Shown: piece by piece, positions 56,917 through 64,000 of the stretch
Layout: every line of letters starts with the position of its first letter
Position numbering within the stretch: position 1 is the first letter of the stretch
Assembly: GCA_963807635.1 (NCBI GenBank)
Contig: CAWEDJ010000040.1
Coordinates: 40,733 to 104,732, forward strand
From: an uncultured cyanobacterium
GTDB taxonomy: Bacteria; Cyanobacteriota; Cyanobacteriia; Cyanobacteriales; Microcystaceae
Reading direction: 5' to 3'
DNA: 64,000 bases
Program-made: the position numbers and the translations under genes
The notes under the pieces: model-generated
Told to the model about the DNA's origin: nothing
The model's database searches: none
Seen by the model: the letters and a program-made list of their open reading frames with translations, nothing else

Positions 56917-57345
56917 TTAAAGTCGGGATTAAGGGCTAGTTTAACCCAGCCTAGAGTCATCTTTGTTAAAAATACTTATAACTTCAAATTCTGTAACATA
57001 TTCTCTCTGGATCCTTTCTCCCTGGGTGTCCCTTCACGATAAATAAGGCTAGAGAAGGGTGACGGGGATGCGATCACATTTTTCCAGTTGCGTTATCACC
57101 AATAATCAGGTTTATTTTACCAAGTTGCTTACATTGAATTTGCTTTATTGGCCCAAAGTTTTTGATTTCAAAATTGTTGATCATCTATTTTCTTCCTCAA
57201 GGGAAAAACTGGATAAAAAATATTTTCTACCAACATTCATTATACCAAAAATGGCAATGCTCAATTTTTGATCGCCTGATTCTTCATTCCAATGTCTAAA
57301 TATTACATTTTGTTTACATAAGCCTCAGCAGTTACTCAGTTTAAT

Positions 57346-57364
57346 TGTTACAGAAGGTAACAAA
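57346..57364. promoter_or_regulatory. HLR1-like/palindromic site upstream of chlH
   Basis: GTTACAGA-AG-GTAACAAA (two mismatches to HLR1), also reads TGTTAC-N5-GTAACA; another TTACA pair at 57303 and 57314. Confidence 0.45.
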
Positions 57365-57488
57365 AAATTAACGATTGTTTAAAAAAATATGACAGATCAG
57401 CCCTAAAGTCGCCACTGAGTAGCATTTTCTGTAAAGATATGGGAAAGCCAATCATCTATAAAAACCTTCACAGGAGAACAGAATTACT

Positions 57489-60400
57489 ATGTTCACTCAC
57501 GTCAAGTCCACCATCCGCCGTATCGTTCCAGAAGATATTAACGGTCGTGACCTACTTAAGGTGGTTTATGTCGTGTTGGAGTCTCAGTATCAGAGCGCGT
57601 TGTCGGCGGCTGTGAGAAAAATCAATAAAAATAACCCCAATTTAGCGATTCAAGTCAGTGGTTATTTAATTGAAGAACTCCGCGATCCTGAGAATTATGC
57701 GGATTTTAAGCGAGAAATTGCGGAGGCGAATTTATTTATTGCGTCTCTGATTTTTATTGAAGACCTCGCCGATAAGGTGGTGGAAGCAGTGGAACCCCAT
57801 CGCGATCGCCTGGATGCGGCCATTGTGTTTCCTTCCATGCCCCAGGTGATGCGTCTCAATAAGTTAGGGACTTTCTCGATGGCTCAGTTGGGTCAATCCA
57901 AAAGCGCGATCGCCCAATTTATGCGGAAACGGAAGGAGAATTCAGGAGCAGGTTTCCAGGATGCGATGTTAAAACTCCTGAGAACCTTACCCCAGGTGTT
58001 GAAATATTTGCCGATGGATAAGGCTCAGGATGCGCGGAACTTTATGTTGAGCTTCCAGTATTGGTTGGGCGGTTCCTCGGAAAATCTGGAAAATTTCCTG
58101 TTGATGTTGGCGGATAAATATGTTTTTGAAGATTTGAATAAGGGACAGAAGAAAAATTACCAGGAACCTGTGGTCTATCCTGATACGGGCATTTGGCATC
58201 CGTTGTCGATGAAGATGTTTGAGGATGTGAAATCCTATCTCACTTGGCATAATAGCCGCCCTGATATTTCCGATGATCTAAAAGATCCCCTCGCGCCTTG
58301 TGTGGGTTTGATTTTGCAAAGGACGCACCTGGTCACGGGAGACGATGCCCATTATGTGGCGATGGTGCAGGAATTAGAGGCGATGGGAGCCAGGGTCATT
58401 CCTGTTTTTGCGGGGGGATTGGATTTCTCCAAACCCGTTGAGGAGTTTTTCTGGGACAGAAGCATTAAGGGTGTTGAACCCATTGTGATTGTCGATGCGG
58501 CAGTGTCTCTAACGGGATTTGCCCTAGTGGGTGGCCCTGCTCGTCAGGATCATCCCAAGGCGATCGATTCGTTGAAACGTCTAAATCGTCCTTATATGTG
58601 TGCATTGCCCCTGGTTTTCCAAACGACGGAAGAGTGGGAAGAAAGTGATTTGGGGTTACATCCAATCCAGGTCGCGCTACAAATTGCGATTCCTGAACTA
58701 GACGGAGCTATTGAACCCATTATTCTTTCGGGTCGGGATGGTTCTACGGGTAAGGCGATCGCGTTGCAGGATCGGATTGAGGCGATCGCAGGACGGGCTT
58801 TGAAATGGGTTAATTTACGGAAAAAGCCCAAATTAGACAAAAAAGTGGCCATTACCGTCTTTAGTTTTCCCCCTGATAAAGGAAATGTGGGAACAGCCGC
58901 CTACTTAGATGTGTTTGGCTCCATCTTTGAGGTGATGAAAGCTCTACAGGGTAACGGTTATGACCTCGAAGATGTGCCTGAAACTGCCAAGGAATTAATG
59001 GAGGCGGTGATCCACGATGCCCAAGCCCAATACAACAGCCCTGAGCTAAACATTGCCTATCGGATGTCAGTGGAAGAATACGAACGGTTAACACCCTATT
59101 CCGAGCGTTTAGAAACAAATTGGGGTAAACCGCCTGGACACCTCAATAGTGACGGTCAAAATCTGCTGATTTACGGAAAATCCTTCGGGAATGTCTTTAT
59201 CGGCGTACAACCGACCTTTGGTTACGAAGGCGACCCCATGCGTCTTTTGTTCTCCCGTTCTGCCAGTCCCCATCATGGTTTTGCGGCCTATTACACCTAT
59301 TTAAACCAAATCTGGAAAGCCGATGCTGTCCTCCATTTCGGGACTCACGGATCACTGGAATTCATGCCTGGTAAGCAAATGGGAATGTCGGGAGACTGTT
59401 ACCCCGATAATCTGATTGGCAATATTCCTAACCTCTACTACTACGCGGCCAATAATCCTTCCGAAGCGACGATCGCCAAACGCCGTAGTTATGCCGCTAC
59501 CATTTCCTATCTAACGCCCCCTGCTGAAAATGCTGGACTGTATAAAGGTTTACAGGAATTAAGCGAATTAATTGGTTCTTACCAAACCCTGAAGGAAACG
59601 GGACGCGGTGTGCCGATTGTGAATACGATTGTCGATAAGGCGCGACTCTGTAATTTTGATCAAGATATTGCTTTACCTGATGCCGATGCCAAGGAATTAA
59701 GCAACGAAGAACGGGATAACGTCGTTGGTTCTGTTTATCGCAAGTTGATGGAAATTGAATCTCGCTTACTCCCCTGTGGTCTGCACGTCATTGGGAAACC
59801 CCCTACTCAAGAAGAAGCTGTTGCCACCCTGGTGAATATTGCTAATCTCGATCGCGAAGAAGACGGACTCCAATCCCTGACTCGTATTATTGCCAGTAGC
59901 ATCGGACGCAATATTGATGATATTTACAAAAACAGCGATCGCGGCATTTTAGAAGATGTCGAACTATTACAGCAGATCACCCTGGCTTGTCGAGCGGCAG
60001 TCGATGCCCTAGTTCAAGCCCAGGTAGATGCCGATGGTCGAGTTGACCTGATTACGAAGCTGAATTTCTTCAATATGGGTAAAAAAGCTCCTTGGATCGA
60101 AGCCTTACACAATTTGGGTTATACCAAAGTCGATACGGATCTCCTCAAACCCCTGTTTGAATATCTAGAATTCTGTCTAGAACAGGTCTGTGCCGATAAC
60201 GAATTGGGCGCATTGCTCAAGGCCCTAGAAGGCGAATACGTTCTACCAGGCCCAGGCGGCGATCCCATCCGTAATCCCGATGTTTTACCCACAGGCAAAA
60301 ATATCCACGCCCTCGATCCCCAATCTATTCCCACCAGTGCGGCGGTACAATCAGCCAAAATCGTGGTTGATCGTTTGCTAGAGCGTCAAAAAATCGATAA

Positions 60401-61481
60401 TGGTGGAAATTATCCCGAAACCATCGCCTGTGTACTGTGGGGAACGGATAACATTAAAACCTACGGTGAATCCTTGGCACAAATCATGTGGATGGTGGGG
60501 GTTAAACCCGTACCTGATGCCCTGGGTCGGGTCAACAAATTGGAGTTACTTTCCTTGGAAGAATTAGGTCGTCCCCGCGTTGATGTGGTGGTCAACTGTT
60601 CAGGCGTTTTCCGTGATCTGTTCATTAACCAAATGAATCTGTTAGATCAAGCCGTCAAAATGGCCGCCGAAGCCGATGAACCCTTGGAAATGAATTTTGT
60701 CCGCAAACACGCCTTAGAACAAGCGGCTGAAATGGGCATTAATCTCCGTCAAGCCGCCACTCGGATTTTCTCCAATGCGTCGGGTTCCTATTCTTCTAAT
60801 GTCAATTTAGCGGTAGAAAATAGTACCTGGGAAGATGAATCGGAGTTACAAGAAATGTACCTCAAACGCAAGTCTTTTTCCTTTGATTCGGATAATCCAG
60901 GGATGATGGCAGAAAGTCGGGGGATGTTTGAACGGGCGTTAAAAACCGCCGATGCAACCTTCCAAAATCTGGATTCTTCTGAGATTAGCTTGACGGATGT
61001 TTCCCATTATTTCGATTCAGATCCGACTAAGATTGTCGCGACTTTACGAGAGGATGGCAAAAAACCATCGGCCTATATTGCGGATACAACAACGGCTAAT
61101 GCTCAAGTACGGACGCTCTCGGAAACGGTGCGGTTGGATGCTCGGACTAAGATGCTGAATCCGAAGTGGTATGAGGGAATGTTGTCTCATGGTTATGAGG
61201 GAGTACGGGAACTGTCGAAGCGTCTGGTCAATACGATGGGCTGGAGTGCGACGGCGGGGGCTGTGGATAATTGGGTTTATGAGGATGTGAATACAACCTT
61301 TATTGACGATCCTGAGATGTGTAAGCGTTTGATGGATCTCAATCCCAATTCTTTCCGTAAGATGGTGGGGACTTTGTTGGAGGTGAATGGTCGTGGTTAT
61401 TGGGAAACTTCTCAAGAAAATTTAGACCGTTTACAGCAGTTGTATCAGGAGGTTGAGGATCGGATCGAAGGCGTTGAGTAG
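57489..61481 (+). CDS. chlH: Magnesium chelatase subunit H
   Basis: 1330 aa; [37 protein letters not shown]. Confidence 0.97.
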   Translation: MFTHVKSTIRRIVPEDINGRDLLKVVYVVLESQYQSALSAAVRKINKNNPNLAIQVSGYLIEELRDPENYADFKREIAEANLFIASLIFIEDLADKVVEAVEPHRDRLDAAIVFPSMPQVMRLNKLGTFSMAQLGQSKSAIAQFMRKRKENSGAGFQDAMLKLLRTLPQVLKYLPMDKAQDARNFMLSFQYWLGGSSENLENFLLMLADKYVFEDLNKGQKKNYQEPVVYPDTGIWHPLSMKMFEDVKSYLTWHNSRPDISDDLKDPLAPCVGLILQRTHLVTGDDAHYVAMVQELEAMGARVIPVFAGGLDFSKPVEEFFWDRSIKGVEPIVIVDAAVSLTGFALVGGPARQDHPKAIDSLKRLNRPYMCALPLVFQTTEEWEESDLGLHPIQVALQIAIPELDGAIEPIILSGRDGSTGKAIALQDRIEAIAGRALKWVNLRKKPKLDKKVAITVFSFPPDKGNVGTAAYLDVFGSIFEVMKALQGNGYDLEDVPETAKELMEAVIHDAQAQYNSPELNIAYRMSVEEYERLTPYSERLETNWGKPPGHLNSDGQNLLIYGKSFGNVFIGVQPTFGYEGDPMRLLFSRSASPHHGFAAYYTYLNQIWKADAVLHFGTHGSLEFMPGKQMGMSGDCYPDNLIGNIPNLYYYAANNPSEATIAKRRSYAATISYLTPPAENAGLYKGLQELSELIGSYQTLKETGRGVPIVNTIVDKARLCNFDQDIALPDADAKELSNEERDNVVGSVYRKLMEIESRLLPCGLHVIGKPPTQEEAVATLVNIANLDREEDGLQSLTRIIASSIGRNIDDIYKNSDRGILEDVELLQQITLACRAAVDALVQAQVDADGRVDLITKLNFFNMGKKAPWIEALHNLGYTKVDTDLLKPLFEYLEFCLEQVCADNELGALLKALEGEYVLPGPGGDPIRNPDVLPTGKNIHALDPQSIPTSAAVQSAKIVVDRLLERQKIDNGGNYPETIACVLWGTDNIKTYGESLAQIMWMVGVKPVPDALGRVNKLELLSLEELGRPRVDVVVNCSGVFRDLFINQMNLLDQAVKMAAEADEPLEMNFVRKHALEQAAEMGINLRQAATRIFSNASGSYSSNVNLAVENSTWEDESELQEMYLKRKSFSFDSDNPGMMAESRGMFERALKTADATFQNLDSSEISLTDVSHYFDSDPTKIVATLREDGKKPSAYIADTTTANAQVRTLSETVRLDARTKMLNPKWYEGMLSHGYEGVRELSKRLVNTMGWSATAGAVDNWVYEDVNTTFIDDPEMCKRLMDLNPNSFRKMVGTLLEVNGRGYWETSQENLDRLQQLYQEVEDRIEGVE

Positions 61482-61529
61482 TCGATTCTCAGCCTTTGAC
61501 TTGACTCAATATTTGATCTAAATTAGAGG

Positions 61530-61552
61530 GGTGGGTTTTGTGCCCACCTTTT
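61530..61552 (+). terminator. Probable intrinsic terminator of chlH
   Basis: GGTGGG-TTTTGTG-CCCACC followed by TTTT. Confidence 0.55.
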
Positions 61553-61560
61553 CGTTATTT

Positions 61561-61813
61561 ATGAGTAAACTCAATAAGCTAATTCATAAACTTTTAGGGC
61601 CGTCCTGCTGAGGTACGATTTGAAGATGTGAGCTACATTCTAGAGTCGTTTGGCTATGTGGAAGTACGCTCTAGGGGTAGTCACCATTCCTTTGAAAATA
61701 TGGACGGAAATGTTATTGTTATTCCAAAGAAAGGAGGTAAGTTAGTAAAGCGTACTTATATTGAACAAATTATTACATTATTGGATTTGGAGAATAACAA
61801 AGATGACAATTAG
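61561..61813 (+). CDS. hicA: HicA toxin (frameshift at ~61598)
   Basis: MSKLNKLIHKLL then RPAEVRFEDVSYILESFGY...RGSHHSF. Confidence 0.8.
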
Positions 61814-62051
61814 TAAGCAATTAGAACGTCCACCTTTAGAGTATTTTTTAAATCTTAAGTATGCTATCTCAATTTATCCTGAAGATGAGGGCGGATATAC
61901 GGCAATGATTCCTGATTTACCTGGTTGTATGACTCAGGGGGAGACATTGGAAGAAATGGTTATGAATATTGAAGAGGCTCGTCAGCTATGGATTGAAACC
62001 GTTTATTTTAGTAATAAAAAAGACATTCCACATCCATCAAGAAAAATTTAA
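61803..62051 (+). CDS. hicB: HicB antitoxin (short form)
   Basis: EGGYTAMIPDLPGCMTQGETLEE....IEEARQLW. Confidence 0.88.
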   Translation: MTISKQLERPPLEYFLNLKYAISIYPEDEGGYTAMIPDLPGCMTQGETLEEMVMNIEEARQLWIETVYFSNKKDIPHPSRKI

Positions 62052-62135
62052 TGCTCAAAAATTTTGTATGATACCAACCATATGTAAGGTGAAGATTGAT
62101 TTGAATCAATATAAATTTTTGAACAACTAAAGAGC

Positions 62136-62348
62136 TTAAGAAATATTCTCTTCAAGCCATTGGGTTAAACTTTTATCATTGGTATTTCCATATAATGAAA
62201 TTTTTTCATAGCTAATATTTGCTTGATTGGCTACTGAAATAGCAGCATTTGGCATATCTCTTGAACTCATCTTGACTAGCTCACCTTTGGGAAAATATTG
62301 TGAGTCAATCTTGACTTCTTCCCCTGAAGAAAAATCAGTATAACTACT
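62136..62348 (-). pseudogene. 3' fragment of an unknown gene interrupted by the IS5 element
   Basis: 70 open codons SSYTDFSSGEEVK...TQWLEENIS* starting at the IS end. Confidence 0.5.
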
Positions 62349-62349
62349 T

Positions 62350-64000
62350 AGGGGTTGCTGAAAAAGTCAAAAAACAGGAAGAGGGGATTAATTTATGAAT
62401 TTAAGGCGAGTAAAACATAAGGGTTAAATGAATTGTCAACACAAAGCATAAGCTGGGCTAATAAGAGGGCAGAAAAATAAGCTCTTCTTCCGAAAAAGAC
62501 AAAAAAAACGTAAAACCTGCCGAAGCAGGGCAAAAAGATTGATGACTAAAAAGGTGATAGCAATAGCGGTTTCAGAGGTATCAGGAAGTTTTGTCATAAC
62601 TCGATTGAGGCTAAATCGTCTCTTTGCTTGACCAAATTTGCCTTCAATAGCATTACGGTCTCTTTCATCTTGAAGAGCTTCTTTCTTTTTTTCTGGACTA
62701 ATATTTGTGGGTCGTCTTCCCAAGGGTGGGCCATTCAATCGAATTCCCTTCTCCTTACAAAAAGCGCGATTTTCCCTTGTGCGATAGATTGCATCAGCAT
62801 GAACAGACTGGGGATAGTAGCCTGTCTCACGTTTAAACTCTTCTATTTGTCCTTTGAAGTCGCCTGATTCATTATAATTATCCCAACTTAATCGGTATAA
62901 ATAAAGATATCCATTCACATAACTTGCTGATAGTTTTGCACCAAACTCTACTGGCGTTCCCGCTTTTCCTCTAACAATGGGACGAACATGAGGTTGAGTC
63001 AAACTCACAATTCTATTTTCTACCTTATTTTCTTTATTTTCATACATTCCTACTTGTTGCTCATAGGCTTTTTGTATTATCGACAGTATCTTTTCGTCTT
63101 TTTTACTTAATTTTGCGACCTCTTTATCTTCTCTTAATTTTTCTATATGGGAAAGGTTTCTTTTGATATATTGGATTTGTTTTTTTATGCCCTTTCTCCT
63201 TTCTTTTCTCGACGGACGGCGTTTTTTTGACAATTTTAAGTAATCTTTTCTGGCTCTTATTCTATAGGTTCTTGGTTTTTTTCCTTTTTTTTTAGTTTTT
63301 TATACAAGTTGTCTATTATTTTTTCGGTTTTTTCTCTTGCCTCATTCAAGATTCCTATATCTGTTGGATATTTGATGTCTGCTGGTGCACAGGTTGCATC
63401 TATTAATAGCTTTCCTCTATTCTGATTTTCCCCTTCACTTTTTTCTTTTACTTCTGATAATATTTCTTCTTCTTTTTTTACCATTGCTTTATTTATTTGA
63501 TTCACCAAGTCCATTCCTATTCTTTGACGGAAATGTACTAACAGTGACGCATCAAATGCCTCCTCATTTTCATATACTTCTAGTCCTATAAAATATTGTA
63601 AGTAAGGGTTTTCTTTTATTTGTTCTACTGTTTCTCGGTCACTTATTCTCAATATTTCTTTTATTATTAATGACCCTAATGCCATCCTAAATGGTTTGGC
63701 TGTCGCTCCTTTATTTTCTGAAAATTGTTTTGCATATTCTTCTTCAAATTCCTCCCACGGAATTATTTTTGACATGATTACCCAACGATTTTCTTCTTTT
63801 GGCTTCCACTCACTTGGTATTTTGAAGTTTTCAACAGTCGATTTTTCGGATTCTTTTTTGGGGTACATCGTTCAATGCTCTGGAAGGGGGAGGGGTGCAA
63901 GCCTTTTCACTCATTTTAGACCTTTTTTTTGCACTTTTTTTGCTCTCTAAATCCCCTCATCTCTTTTCTTATAAGGCTTTCAGCTTTTTCAGCAAGCTCT
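62350..64000 (-). mobile_element. IS5-family insertion sequence
   Basis: TIRs AGGGGTTGCTGAAAAAG / AGAGCTTGCTGAAAAAG; right flank lies outside window. Confidence 0.88.
62436..63868 (-). CDS. IS5-family transposase (split by a frameshift near 63270)
   Basis: ENPYLQYFIG, LIDATCAPADIKYP, VRGKAGTPVEFGAK, ADAIY, RNAIEGKFGQAKR. Confidence 0.88.

Overview
Chromosomal window from a unicellular, Synechocystis-like cyanobacterium (psaC, chlH, petJ, ftrC, pcxA; very frequent HIP1 octamer GCGATCGC). The housekeeping backbone is interrupted by small AT-rich accessory cassettes. These are a defence/TA island (BrnTA remnant, LRR stub, GmrSD-type type IV restriction enzyme, orphan HigA, MazEF-like pair), an Rpn/DUF4351 fragment, a type III Mod methyltransferase with a TA remnant, a SMEK-domain gene, a small-protein/retropepsin pair and HicAB. 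There are three IS elements (IS256, ISAs1, IS5 families) plus REP- and MITE-like hairpins. The most notable pattern is that three accessory cassettes are each bracketed by cassette-specific imperfect direct repeats built on HIP1 sites, which suggests HIP1-anchored cassette traffic. Other points: an ISAs1 insertion removed a beta-clamp-like QLSLL tail from Mod; IS256 joins a truncated add gene to the place where res should be; an unannotated 49-aa membrane micro-protein lies behind a perfect HLR1 box; an Rrf2-type operator precedes a thrC-like/moaD pair; and there is a Cys-type phytochrome/diguanylate cyclase operon. About a dozen genes carry single-base frameshifts, many at or next to GGCC, most likely long-read errors. 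Family names come from my own motif recognition; no searches were run.
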